Shown: piece after piece, positions 50,385-63,129 of the stretch | Position numbering within the stretch: position 1 is the first letter of the stretch | Layout: every line of letters starts with the position of its first letter | Source: Octopus sinensis | Taxonomy: Eukaryota | Assembly: GCF_006345805.1 (NCBI RefSeq) | Contig: NC_043000.1 | Coordinates: 138,632,001 to 138,696,000 of the forward strand | DNA: 64,000 bases | Direction: 5' to 3' | Notes under the pieces: generated by a model | Databases searched by the model: none | Told to the model about the DNA's origin: nothing | Seen by the model: the letters and a program-made list of their open reading frames with translations, nothing else | Position numbers and translations under genes: made by a program

Positions 50385-50970
50385 CCTCATCATTATTGTT
50401 ATTTAACGTCTGGCATGGGTTGGACAGTTTAACTGGGCTTGCACACAGAAAGGCTGTACTAGACTCCAGTCTGATTTGGCATGGTTTTCTATAGCTAGAT
50501 GCCCTTCTTAATGCCAACCACTCTGAGAGTGTTATGGGTGCTTTTACGTGCAATATGTGTGCCACCGATATCTGTTATAACTGCAAATTTGCTCAGCTTG
50601 ATGAGTCTTCTTCCCAAGCACAACATAATGCCAAAAATCTTGGTCATTGCCTCCATGAGGCCCAACACTCGAAAGGAACTTTACCTCCGTGATGCCCAAT
50701 GCCCAAAAGGTATTCTTTATGTACCACCAGCAAAGGTGCCAGTTCCCACAACTATGATTTCACTTGGCTTGACTGGTCCTCTCTAGCAGAGCACATCACC
50801 AAAGGTCTCAGTCACTAGTCATTGCCTCTGTGAGGCTCAAAGTCCAAAGATTATGCTTCACCACCTCATCCCATGTCTTCTTGGGTCTACTTCTACCACA
50901 AGTTCCCTCCACAGTTAGAGTTCGGCACTTCTTTACACAGCTGTCCTCATCCATATGCATTACATGACCA
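50385..50970 (-). mobile_element. RTE fragment (ORF end plus tail)
   Basis: Minus: GHVMHMDEDSCVKKCRTLTVEGTCGRSRPKKTWDEVVKH. Confidence 0.85.
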
Positions 50971-51495
50971 TATTATTTATATATATATATATATATATTG
51001 TATGTTGAGCTGGGACAGAGTGACCCAGGATTAAATGACATTTTTATTTAATTTTAGATGATTAATCTACAAGAATACAAGATTAGAATTTTTTGATGGA
51101 AGTCACAAATTATAACGTCAGCAAAAATACCCAAGTGAATCAGCTTCTTTTTTTTAATTCACTTAACGAGATTAATGTTTCTTTAGCCAGGATTTAAAAC
51201 ATACTTAAAAGATATCAGTGAGATACAAGAAAAACAAATTAGACATCCTAAAACTGATGTTCTTTATTTTATTGTTTAAGAACAATTTTCTTTGAGAGTT
51301 TTTTTTTTTGTTTTTCTAGTGATTCTCTTTGACTGAAAAGAATATATCCAGTCATAAAACTTTTAAATTATAAATGTTTATGCCAATCTGTAGAATGTTC
51401 TTCACACCTTGTTGGGGGTCCTTAAAAGTATTTTGAGCAATGCCTTAGGAAGTGATAAGTTCTATATCCATTATACAAAACTAATAGTATCTGAT

Positions 51496-51753
51496 TGGAG
51501 ACATGTAGCTTAGTGGTTAGGGTGTCAGCATCATGATCATAAGATTGTGGTTTCGATTCCTGGACTGGGCGATGTGTTGTGTTCTTGCACAAAACATTTC
51601 ATTTTACATTGCTCCAGTCCATTCACCTGGCAAAAATGAGTAACACTGCGATGGACTGGTGTCCTATCCAGCTGGGGAACACATACACCATAGAAACTGG
51701 GAAACAGGGTCCATAAGCCTGGCTAGGCTTTAAAAGGACGTATTTATTTATTT
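51496..51753 (+). mobile_element. SINE family D
   Basis: TSD taatagtatctg at 51482-51493 and 51754-51765. Confidence 0.9.
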
Positions 51754-52473
51754 TAATAGTATCTGCAGTTGCTATTTATCATAGTCATTGACAACATTTA
51801 GTACTTGAAGTGACACTTGAGGAATCTAAGTAAAATCTTTGTCATCCATACATACAGGCCTATCCTTTACAGGTGTCACATAAAATACACTCAAGCTGGT
51901 GCGGTGTAAATACACCTGTGCCAGAGACATGTAAAATGCACCCAGCACATTCTGTAAAGTGGTTGGCATTAGGAAAGGCATTCAGTTGCAGAAGCCATGC
52001 CACAACAGATAATTGGAGGTGATGATGAGTCCACCTTGGCATGGGTTGGACAGCTTGACAGATTGTAATTGGTACATCTTGCCACCCTTAGTCTTCCACC
52101 ACCAGCATTAGTAACGGTGTCACTAACACTGCTTCACCACTATTACCTGAATTCTACAACCACCACCACCAAAGCACCTCAAACAGCCTCATAAGCCAAC
52201 AAGAGAATCTCTATGTGTTTGAACAACCGGCAAGAAGTAGGACATAAGTCTCTTTCATAGAATACCTTACCATCTTAGAAAGAGGATGGCATTGAATAAT
52301 GTGTTTCTAGATGCACTGGTTCTGGGAAAATAAATGATGTTTACGTCTGGCACCCCATCCATTCCTAGGTTTGCTTGATCAGAGTTGACTTGAGACTAAT
52401 CACCACCACCACCACCACCAAGAACAGCAACACCAGCAGCCGTCCAATAATTTGGACCTGGAGATTTCCACTT

Positions 52474-52530
52474 GCAGCGACTTCGAGGGCCACCTTCCAG
52501 TGGTGTCGGGCATCAACGAAGAGCCCTCGA
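52474..52530 (+). ncRNA. Candidate degenerate HDV-like ribozyme fold
   Basis: Order cgac / tcgagggc / acc-ttccagt-ggt / gtcg / gg / cgaa / gccctcga fits P1-P2-P3-L3-P1-P1.1-J4/2-P2; P1 is only 4 bp. Confidence 0.35.
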
Positions 52531-52662
52531 CTACAACAAAACAACCAAAGTTTTTTTTCCAAGGTCTGGGGTCTCCTGCCCCTAAGCCCTAGACCATCAC
52601 CTAATCCCCCTTACCTGTCTTGTTGCTTAACAACAACAACAACAAAAGCAACAACAATAGCA

Positions 52663-53350
52663 GTGGAGGTGCAATGGCCCAGTAGTTAGGGCAGCGGACT
52701 CGCAGTCATAAGAATGCGGTTTCGATTCCCAGACCGAGCATTGTCAGTGTTTATTGAGCAAAAAACACCTAAGCTCCACGAGGCTCCAGCGAGGCGGGAT
52801 GAACCCCACTGTACTCTTTCACCACAACTTTCTCTCACTCTTTCTTCCTACTTCTGCCACAAAGCAGAGGAACCATGCCGTAACCCACTATGGAGTGGTA
52901 AACTTTCAGACCCTGGCGTAGATTGCGAATCCACTGTACCCCAGGATGGTTCAGCTCTCCACTCGTTAAAAGCCACCGTTTAAGGAATGAGGATAACAAC
53001 GTAGCTTTCGTGCCCATGCAACCGCCAGTCTATCGTGTGTGGTGGGTGGATCTTCACGTTGCCATATGCATTCTTAGTAGCTTAGAGTAGGCTCAAATTA
53101 GAGATTATTCTTTGTGGCAAATGGCGTGAGTCCTGATTAGAAGAAGAAGAAGAAGAAGAAGAAGAAGAAGAAGAAGAAGAAGAAGAAAAAGAAGAAGAAG
53201 AAGACGAGGAGAGGAGGAAAAAGAAGAAGAGGAGGAGGAGGAAGAAGAAGAAGAAGAAGAAGAGGAGGAGGAAGAAGAAGAAGAGAGGAGGAGGAGGAAG
53301 AAGAAGAACAAGAAAAAGAAGAGGAGGAGGAGGAAGAAGAAGAAGAAGAA
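52663..53350 (+). mobile_element. SINE family E with expanded (GAA)n/(GAG)n tail
   Basis: Colinear with 44131-44610. Confidence 0.85.
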
Positions 53351-53644
53351 AACAGCAGCAGCAGCAGCCGCACAAATTTCATTTATATAACATATTTTCT
53401 AAGAAATAAGCAGAATACAAAGGCAAAATTTTAAAAAATTATCTCTAAATTATTCTTCATTCTACGATACTGTAATTCTGGCTTCTTTTTGTTCAGAAAT
53501 AAAGATTAGAGCAGTATGCCAACAACATTTATACTTATTTCTATGTCAATGCTGATCACATGAGGTTGAAGTGTCAAAGAGAAATTCTTATTTAATTGCT
53601 GAATCATAATTTTGAGAATAATAAAATAAAATACCTTAATGAGG

Positions 53645-53804
53645 AGGAGTGGCTGTGTGGTAAGTAGCTTGCTAACCATCCACATGGTTCCAGGTTCAGT
53701 CCAACTGCGTGGCATCTTGGGCAAGTGTCTTCTGCTATAGCCCCGGGCCGACCAATGCCTTGTGAGTGGATTTGGTAGACAGAAACTGAAAGAAGCCTGT
53801 CGTA

Positions 53805-53855
<51 letters not shown>

Positions 53856-54071
53856 ATGTGTGAGTGTTTGTGTGTTTGTCTCCCTAGCATTGCTTGACAA
53901 CCGATGCTGGTGTGTTTACGTCCCCGTCACCTAGCGGTTCGGCAAAAGAGACTGATTGAATAAGTACTGGGCTTACAAAGAATAAGTCCCGGGGTCGATT
54001 TGTTCGACTAAAGGCGGTGCTCCAGCATGGCCGCAGTCAAATGACTGAAACAAGTAAAAGAGTAAAAGAGT
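53645..54071 (+). mobile_element. SINE family A
   Basis: Full length. Confidence 0.9.
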
Positions 54072-54229
54072 AATGAATTTTTTTTCTTTATCATCTGTCA
54101 TGTCCAGTATTCTTACTTTCCTATTTTTATGTTCAAAGAGTCATTTTTTTGTAGATATTACCATTTTTGTTGGTTTTTTTTCCTGGGCTTTGAAACAGAA
54201 TTTATCAACATTTTCCTCTTTATAAGATA

Positions 54230-54624
54230 CTAGCAGTATCGCCCGGCGTTGCTCGGGTTTGTAAAGGAAATAACTATATAAGCATTTTTAGAGATGTAAA
54301 GTATAATAGCCATTTCAATATGGTTAACCACAAAGGGGGGTGTTACTGTAGCTTTTTACGTTCTGAGATTTAATAATAAATTTTTAGAGAGTTACTTCCC
54401 TTATATATGCCAAAAATGCATTAAAAATGGGAAAAATTGATGGTAAATTTTTTTTTTAATCGTAGACTCATTGTAGACACGCGCTAATACCCAGAAGGGC
54501 TCGATATGAATCACGACTATAAGATACCCGGTTTTGGTTAAACTGCACCGCAATATGTGGGAGTAGTTAGGAATCTAATTCAGAGGAGACAGACAGCACA
54601 CAACCTCACTTTTATATATAAAGA
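54230..54624 (-). mobile_element. Non-autonomous Helitron
   Basis: Minus: A|TCtttatatataaaag ... hairpin cccgagcaacgccggg then CTAG|T; no TSD. Confidence 0.88.
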
Positions 54625-54835
54625 TTTCTTTCCTTTGGAGCTTGTTTCATTAAGGTGATAGTTATTCATATTGTTTACAAAACTATTGATTTTCCCAAAT
54701 ATTTCTCTGTGAACAAAATTTGTTGATTACTCCATCTATGGGGTGATGGCATGGAGACTGAGGCCTAGTTTTATTATTCAGTTTCAAACTGGTTCTGTTC
54801 TGTTAGCAAATGACATTTGAACAATGCATGAATAT

Positions 54836-55885
54836 TACACGATGTCTGATCAATAAGTATCCAGACTGTTGACATAGTAACGAAGCTAAAATACACAGAG
54901 TGGGAGTTTAGTCATGCGGTAACTTCGTTATACTAATATACTAGATGTCTTAGTGAAAGGTGTTTCAATCCTATGTAACCGCATCGCCGACTTTCGCATC
55001 TGTTCTTCTCCACCTTTAATGGCGGTGCCCCAGCATGGCCACAGCTTGTGAGCTGAAACTAAAAAAATATTTTAAAAAATATAAAAAAGCATAAAGCTGC
55101 TTGGCAAAGATGCTGTGCATGCACACTGAGTTTTAACATTCTAGCTCACTTCCACTGTTTACAGCAGTGTTTGGAAGGAAGGTGTGTAGCATGTGATCTT
55201 CACATTGACCATGACAGAGAAAATTGTCAAAGTGATACCTGCTCAGAGGCCTATGCAAAGTTGTGCAAAGTGTATGGAGAGGTATGTATGTGCCACATAC
55301 ATGTGTATGAGTGGTTCAGACATTTCCAAGATGGCTGAAAAATATTGATATTGATGAACAACTAGCAGAACTGAGAAAAACATTGCAGATGGGCATGCAG
55401 CTATGAAGAGAAATCGTCGAATCATCACCCATGAGTTATCAGAGGATGTGCAGATTAGTTACGGTTCAGTTCAGTCCATTATCCCTGAAGATTTAGGCTT
55501 AAGATACGTGTCTGCCAAGTTTGTGCCAAAATTGCTTTCAGCTGACCAAAAAGACACTCGAGTTTCAGTCGCACAAGGTCTCCTTGATTGTGCTGAGAAT
55601 GAAGAAAACTTTGCTTAGGCCTCTGAACAGGTATCGCTAAGTTTTTGACAAAATTTGATGCAGATTCTCTGCTCAACTTTATCTGCTATAGTCAATGCAG
55701 CAATTACACACTACACACCTTTCTTCCAAGCACTGTTGTAAACAGAAGAAATGAGCTAGAATGTTAAAACTTGTTGTGCATGCACAGCAGAGCTGAAGGT
55801 CAATCTGTGCTGAGCAGCTTTACTCTGCATGCTTTAGGTTTGTTACTATAGCAACCGTCCTGAAACTTATTGATCAGACCACGTA
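54836..55885 (+). mobile_element. Mariner derivative with long inverted arms (both ends from the 5' end)
   Basis: tctgatcaataagt at 54845 vs acttattgatcaga at 55865; the right arm carries the inverted ORF start DKVEQRICIKFCQKL; middle ORF NRRIITHELSEDVQISYGSVQSII.EDLGLRYVSAKFVPKLLSADQK. Confidence 0.88.
54902..55090 (+). mobile_element. Nested retroelement 3' end sharing the SINE A terminal module
   Basis: ggcggtgccccagcatggccacagcttgtgagctgaaact plus A-rich tail; interrupts the left mariner arm. Confidence 0.7.
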
Positions 55886-56285
55886 GTTTTCAAATGCTCT
55901 TACCCTATATATCTTATTTATTTCTGTTATTTGAAACAGGTTTAGTATAACAAACCATAGAAATAGAACTCAGTACATGTGTATATATACATTTTTATTT
56001 TTAATTGGTTCAAAGTTACAAAAGTTACACAAGGGCCAAGAGTTTTGAGCATGGTACTTATCAGATTGACTTCAAAGCTGATAACTCTGGAATGCTGGGT
56101 TAAAAGTTAATATCAGTGGCTCACTTGAGAATGGCATATTTTAAAATAGTTTGCCCATTAAACAGAGATGCTTTTCAATATGAGTGTATGCAAATCAGGA
56201 TCCACAAGAAAATCAAAGGTATGAATGGCATTCTTAAGAGTTGATTCATGGAAAAAGAAAAAAATGTGTATTATGTAGATGGTAA

Positions 56286-56520
56286 GGCGGTGAGCTGGCA
56301 GAAACGTTAGCACACCGGGCGAAATGCTTAGCGGTATTTCACCTGCGTTACGTTGTGAGTTCGAATTCCGCCGAGGTCGACTTTGCCTTTCATCCTTTCG
56401 GAGTCGATAAATTAAGTACCAGTTATGCACTGGGGTCGATGTAATCGACTTAATACCTATGTCTGTCCTTGTTTGTCCCCTCTGTGTTTAGCCCCTTGTG
56501 GGTAATAAAGAAATAGGTAT
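56286..56520 (+). mobile_element. SINE family B monomer
   Basis: ggcggtgagctggcagaaacgttagc...aaagaaataggtat. Confidence 0.9.
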
Positions 56521-57529
56521 GAGGTCAATAGGAATGCAATAGAAATGATGAAAGGAGGAGGAGAGACTTAGAAGATGTGCTATGCAACTTACTAATTCCA
56601 TAGAACAAAGGCCATATATTTTTCTTCTGGTGTGTGTGTGTATTTGTGTTTGAGAGGTTCCCCTATAGATTCTATCACTGAAATTGTTGCAGTCATTCAG
56701 TCAACATGAAGCTGCAGTGGAAGGTACTATTTGACCAAGGGTACAGTATCATGAAATCCAGAAGCACATCACTGCAATTAAAAATTCTTACCCACAATTA
56801 TAATTACATGTTTTTTTTTAAAATTTATTATCTATAATGAGTTTTAAAATTTAATACTGATAGCTTCGTCTGTTTATAGAGATGGATACAGAGAAATCAG
56901 AATACTCTTTATTTAGTAGTCCATTTTGCTGAAAGAAAAAGACTAAATCTAATATTGCATCATGTCCAATCATGTGTAACCAGATGAGGCTTAATTAGGA
57001 TAAAGAAATTTCAATGAACTAAGTTTTTGTAAAAATGTATCTTGTATCAGCAAATTGTCTACTTCAAATCACAACACATCATGTCAATTGAAACTTATTT
57101 AAAATAGTCTGGTTTAGTCTTCTGATTAAAGGAGAGCAAACTATAAGGTAGATTAATTCTCTGAAACCAAAACAATAATTTTCTAGAAACTTTAAGATAG
57201 CAAATTTAATAATCAACAATTTATGCGAACTTTCACACATATCACTTACCTAAGCATTGGGAATAATAGATTAATGATGGCTTGGGAAAAAAACCCCAGC
57301 AAATCTGAGCAGGGACCTTTTTATAAATTGTATTTGTATTTTGATCCTGCATTAGCAATACCAAGCTCCATTAAGGTATTTATAGCCTTTATATTTCATA
57401 TCGTATTTAGTAGATACCTGTTTTCTGTAATACTATCTGGATAATTCTGAAAAGTAATAAAGCAAGTGAAGTTTTTGGAGAAAAGCAAATAGGATCAGAA
57501 GAAAGAATGTTGCCTTTCTTATGTTTTAC

Positions 57530-58077
57530 TTCTAATTGCGAAGATCTGTTGAGGCAAGTGAAATCGAAATTGAATTCAAAATCGAACCACATCCGATGAC
57601 TGGCACCCATGCCAACCTCCTTTCATTGGACACTAAACTCTGCTTGTGAAGACCTGTTGGGGCAAGTGATATCGAAATTGAACAAAATTCAATGACTGGC
57701 ATCCAGTTGTTGCCAGTACCACTGGACTGACTCCTGTGCAGGTGGCAAGTAAAGAAACACCGTTTCGACCCTGTGCTTGAGGAGACCTATTGAGTCAAGT
57801 ATATAAACATCAAAAATCAATGGAAATTGTAGTTGTGATCCCTGTGCTGGTGGCACGTGAAAAGCACCATCCGAACGTGGCTGATGCCAGTGCCACTTTG
57901 ACTGCCTTCTGTGCCGGTGGCACGTAAAAAGCACCCACTACATTCACGGAGTGGTTGGCGTTAGGAAGGGTATCCAGCTGTAGAAACACTGCCAGATCAG
58001 ATTGGAGCCTGGTGCAGGCTTCTGGCTTCCCAACCCATGCTAGCATGGAAAATGGACGTTAAACGATGATGATGAAG
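57530..58077 (+). mobile_element. RTE 3' UTR (family C)
   Basis: Subrepeats and terminus with (GAT)n. Confidence 0.85.
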
Positions 58078-58354
58078 ATATATGTGGTTTTGAAGAAAAT
58101 TTGTTTGTGATGTTAGTTTAAAAATTTTTTATGAAATAAATAGGAAATTTTTATTTGTGTGTTTTAGAGCAATGTCAGTGAGAAGAGTTGTTACAAGTCT
58201 TGATGCAGGAGTGATTATTACTGGAAATAAATTCAACAATGATCAACCTTAAATAATTTTCCTATGATAATCTCTAAATTATCCTTTGCAATCTTGAAAT
58301 CTTCACCTGGTTAACAATTGCAAATAAAAGCATATTATACAAATAGAAGACATG

Positions 58355-58562
58355 ATTCATCATCATCATCATAATTGTCATCATAATTGTTTGATGTCCA
58401 CTTTTCTTGCTAGCATGGGTTGGACGGTTTGGGTGAGGACTGGTAAGCCAGGAGGCTGCACCAGGTTTTCGATCTGATCTAACAAGGTTTCTGCAGCTGG
58501 ATGCTCTTCCTAATGCCAACCACTCCGAGGGTACAGTGGGCGCCTTTTACATGCCACTGGCA
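58355..58562 (-). mobile_element. RTE terminus (family C)
   Basis: Reverse complement of the tail. Confidence 0.8.
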
Positions 58563-59453
58563 TGATTATACTTATACTGGTAACTGTAGTCCCTGTGAGC
58601 ATTTTTGTATAACTCTTCACTGACAGAATGATTAACACTGTGTTAACAGTTATATCCAGTCGAGTACAAGAATAATTTTTTCTTATATACCTTGTCGTAT
58701 TATAATTTGGATCCCATTTATTGCTATTCTGCTGACATATGTGGAGAATTTTATATTCTGTGGAAATTAATTGTTTGAAAATAACAAGGTTACATTATTG
58801 AAAATGAAATTTAAAATAAGAATTCATGAGATTGGAATATTCAAATACTTTAAAATTGAATATCAATCAATCCCAGAATGGAATTATTATAGATCAAGAG
58901 TTATAAATATCATCAATATCTACAATAGAAATAATGAAAGAAAAGCCACTGAGGGAAATGACAAGTTAATTGAAGATGGGAAAACTTAATTAAAAAGATT
59001 TGCCTCTCAGATAATGAGCATATCTAAACAGACTGATCCAGATGTATCATTTGATGTCTGTAGAATGAGAAATAATGGGAACATTCTAGAATAGAGATCC
59101 TGTTTGAAGCTAATAAAGCATTATCAAAGCTTAAACCCCAGTAAGGTTCCATATAATATCTAAAGTTAGGAAAAACCTTCTTATCTGGATATCATCAGCT
59201 ATTTGATGCTTGGGAGATGACTTGACACAATGTTGTTGTAACATGTTTATCAGAGGTAATATGAACAAGATAGTAGCAATTTATTAGACACCAAAAAAAT
59301 CTAGATCAAAGAACCTGCACTCACCAAAGCAGCTGATACTAGTATTTTAGTAGTTGATATCACTTTTGAGATATTCTATCTTTCAAGATTATCAGAATTA
59401 TTCTACAAACTTGACATCTCATCATTTGTATGAAACTTATATTATTATTGCTT

Positions 59454-59587
59454 GTGGCTGTGTGGTAAGTAGCTTGTTTACTAACCGCTGCATGGTACAT
59501 TGAGCAAGTGTCTTCTACTATAGCCTCGGGCCGACCAAAGCCTTGTGAATGAATTTGGCAGACGGAAGCTGAAAGAAGCCCGTTGTA

Positions 59588-59631
<44 letters not shown>

Positions 59632-59876
59632 TGTTTGTGTATATGTATATATATATGCATATGTGTGTATATGTTTGTGTGTCTACGTTTGTCCACCCAA
59701 CATTGCTTGACAACTGATACTGGTGTGTTTATGTCCCCGTAACTTAGTGGTTCAGCAAAAGAGACTGATAGAATAAGTACTAGGCTTACAAACAATAAGT
59801 CCTGGGGTTGATTTTCTCAAATAAAGGTGGGGCTCCAGCATGGCCACAGTCACATGATGGAAACAAGTAAAAGAGT
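59454..59876 (+). mobile_element. SINE family A
   Basis: Head partly deleted. Confidence 0.88.
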
Positions 59877-60650
59877 AACCCTCTCAGACCTGAGCCCTTG
59901 TATCTAACTTTACCATCTACCTGGGCTCCTGAAAAAAAAAATGTATACACAGCTCAAGAGTAATGATTGCAAGCAGAGAAACGGATAGAATCAGAAAAAA
60001 TTCAGAATATCATTAAAAGACCTATATTTCAACTACTGTATTTCTTCACCTAAATCACTACTTCCAGCACCACTTTCACTAATTTCACTGTTTGAATCAG
60101 TCTCATTGTCTCTGTAAGGGTAAACTCTTTGTCCAGAGAATAAATATCACCAATAATTTCCTCAACTGTAAGAGTCTAGGCCTTGCTCATTTACCAGACA
60201 AAGTGATGCATTCATCACATACTCATTTCATTGCAAAAGAAACCGTTTTTCAAAACAAAAACAAAGGTTAATAATTGCTATGGGGGATGCCATTCACAAT
60301 GAATAACAAACACACTTGACTACAAAGGTGAATGGTGACTGGTTGCCTATTTTTAATATTTATCTTGTTTTTCTATGTGTGTTGTTCATTACCACTTTAA
60401 CAACAATCCAGAAGAGACTATGTTTGGGTTATTCCCACTATACTGGAAACACAGTACGATAAGGTTGTTGGGTAAGCACAGAAAATGATGATCATCAAGT
60501 AAGTTAAAGTGAAATGGATTAGAGAATGGGTGCAGATATCATTCGAACAGAGGGAGGGGCTTCTGAGATTCTGAGAGATACATTATACAACTGAACATTC
60601 TTAGTGTTTGCCCTATATATAATAAAACTTTAGACAATAGTTTCAGAGAC

Positions 60651-61030
60651 GGCTGTGTGGTAAGTAGCTTGCTTACCAAACACATGGTTCCGGGTTCAGT
60701 CCCACTGCGTGGCATCTTGGGCAAGTGTCTTCTGCTATTGCCCCGGGCCAACCAATGCCTTGTGAGTGGATTTGGTAGACGGAAACTGAAAGAAACCTGT
60801 CGTATATATATTTATATATATGTATGTGTGTGTTTGTCCCACTAGCATTGCTTGACAACCGATGCTGGTGTGTTTATGTCCCCGTTACCTAGCGGTTCGG
60901 CAAAAAAGACCGATAGAATAAGTACTGGGCTTACAAAAAGAATAAGTCCCGGGGTCGAGTTGCTGGATTGAAGGCGGTGCTCCAGCATGGCCGCAGTCAA
61001 ATGACTGAAACAAGTAAAAGAGTAAAAGAG
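60651..61030 (+). mobile_element. SINE family A
   Basis: Near full length. Confidence 0.9.
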
Positions 61031-61052
61031 TATTTTATTTGCTTGTGATTAT

Positions 61053-61411
61053 CTTTTATTTGTTTCAGTTATTAGACTGTGGCCATGCTGGAACACTGCC
61101 TTGAAGAATTTTTAGTCAAATGTATTGACCCCAGTACTTTTATTTTTTAAACCTGGCACTTCATTGATCACTATTGCTGAACCACTAAGTTACAGGGGCA
61201 TAAACACCCCCCTCCACCTGTTGTCAAGTAGTGGTGAGGGATAAACACATACACACACATGACTGTTTTTTTTTCAGTTTCTGTCAACCACTTACAAGGC
61301 TTAGGTCAGCCTGAGGTTATAAGCGAGAGAAGACACTTAACCAAGATGCCACACTGTGGGACTGAACCTGGAACCATGTGGTTGAGAAACAAGCTTCTTA
61401 CCACACAACCA
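61053..61411 (-). mobile_element. Older SINE family A, inverted next to the previous copy
   Basis: tgtttcagttattagactgtggccatgctgg...cttaccacacaaccac. Confidence 0.8.
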
Positions 61412-61797
61412 CGATTAGTTTAAAGATTTTCAATTTGTTGGTAATATCCTTAGAATGCTTTGTATATAGAACACTATCTAAACCATTATATGATTTTCTC
61501 AACAACAGATTCAGAAATTGTAACTGCAAAGCTAAGAGGGGCCACTAGCAGCACTTATGTGTGACTTATTTCACTTTTGCTTACACACAGCACTTATCTA
61601 AAATAGAGTGATCGTTTTATAAATGACTAATTACTGGGAAAAAATTTAGCTAATTTGGTACTTGTTTTATGCTATTCAATGAATATAAAAAGAAATCTCT
61701 AAAAAGTCTTCCAGTCCCTCCTTATCGTCTATGATAGTTACTGGAGTGAAGGGGTGCAGAATTAAGTGTATTTATCAAATATTTATAACAAAATATA

Positions 61798-62178
61798 GGC
61801 GCAGGAGTGGCTGTGTGGTAAGTAGCTTGTTTACCAACCACATGGTTCCGGGTTCAGTCCCACTGCATGGCACCTGGGCCGTCCAAAGCCTTGTGAGTGG
61901 ATTTGGCAGACGGAAACTGAAAGAAGCCCGTCGTATATATGTATATATATGCGTTTGTGTGTCTGTGTTTGTCCCCCTAGCATTGCTTGACAACCGATGC
62001 TGGTGTGTTTATGTCCCCGTTACTTAATGGTTCGGCAAAAGAGACTGATAGAATAAGTACTGGGCTTACAAAAGAATAAGTCCCAGGGTCGAGTTGCTCG
62101 ACTAAAGGCGGTGCTCCAGCATGGCCGCAGTCAAATGACTGAAACAAGTAAAAGAGTGAAAGAGAGAGTAAGAGTAAA
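61798..62178 (+). mobile_element. SINE family A
   Basis: Full length with a small deletion. Confidence 0.9.
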
Positions 62179-63129
62179 ATACTAGAATAATATTTGAACT
62201 CAAAACATATGATCTATTAATCTAGTTCCTTATCCACTGATCCACTGCAGCAAGGAATCACATAATTGAATGCATTGAATGTTTTCTGCAGAATTTATAA
62301 AAAGCAAGAAATAAAGGAAAGAAATATTAATTGTGGAATGGTTCTATTCACAGACATAACAATGTATTAACATTTGTATTTTCAAAGGGCTGAATCTATT
62401 TTGGAAATTACTCAGAAAAAAATTATGAACCAGCATATATTTCTAATATAAGATCAATTTCATACAATGGATAGAAAGCTATACCTTTAAGATGCAAAGG
62501 TTTAAAAGAAAGTAATACAAAATTCCATTTCGTTTTACAACATTAATGAAAAATGGAGATAGCATACATAACAGTATTCAGAAGGAAGCCATCGTAGATT
62601 TATAAATTATCTATATTAAGCTGCAAGACAACAGCCAATGCAAAACATGATTTCATCATAAGATTATACTTCACATATTAGATTTTAATCAAAGAAATTG
62701 TAAAAGAAGAAATAACTGAAAAAAAGTACTAAAGTATGATAGGGTGATTAGAAAGATATGAGAACCCTAATTCTGGTTTGTAATAAAAATTAAATTTATT
62801 TCTGTCAAACTAAACTGAATACAATTTCTTTTTAAAAAAAAAAGTGATTTAGACATTTGAATTTGATCTTTACATGCATTATCTCTTACTGAATTGGTTT
62901 CAATGTTACATGATGTATGCTATGTCATGCATATATATATATATATATATGTATACATACGTACTTCTAATATACAGATAAAATTTTATTAAAAATTTTG
63001 TCAGTGGCCAGCATATGAAAAATACCTTTTAAGGTGAAAATTTTAATACAATTATAAATAAGGGGCAAAAAGAAAAATTTTCTTTGCCAATATACTAAAA
63101 AACAGATGCTAAATCATCTAACCACATAA

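Noticed and set aside
59320-59945. Minus-strand exon from the acceptor near 59929 to the GTGAGT donor near 59324
   Set aside because: Spans a SINE, and the frames contain stops even after removing it; no recognisable product
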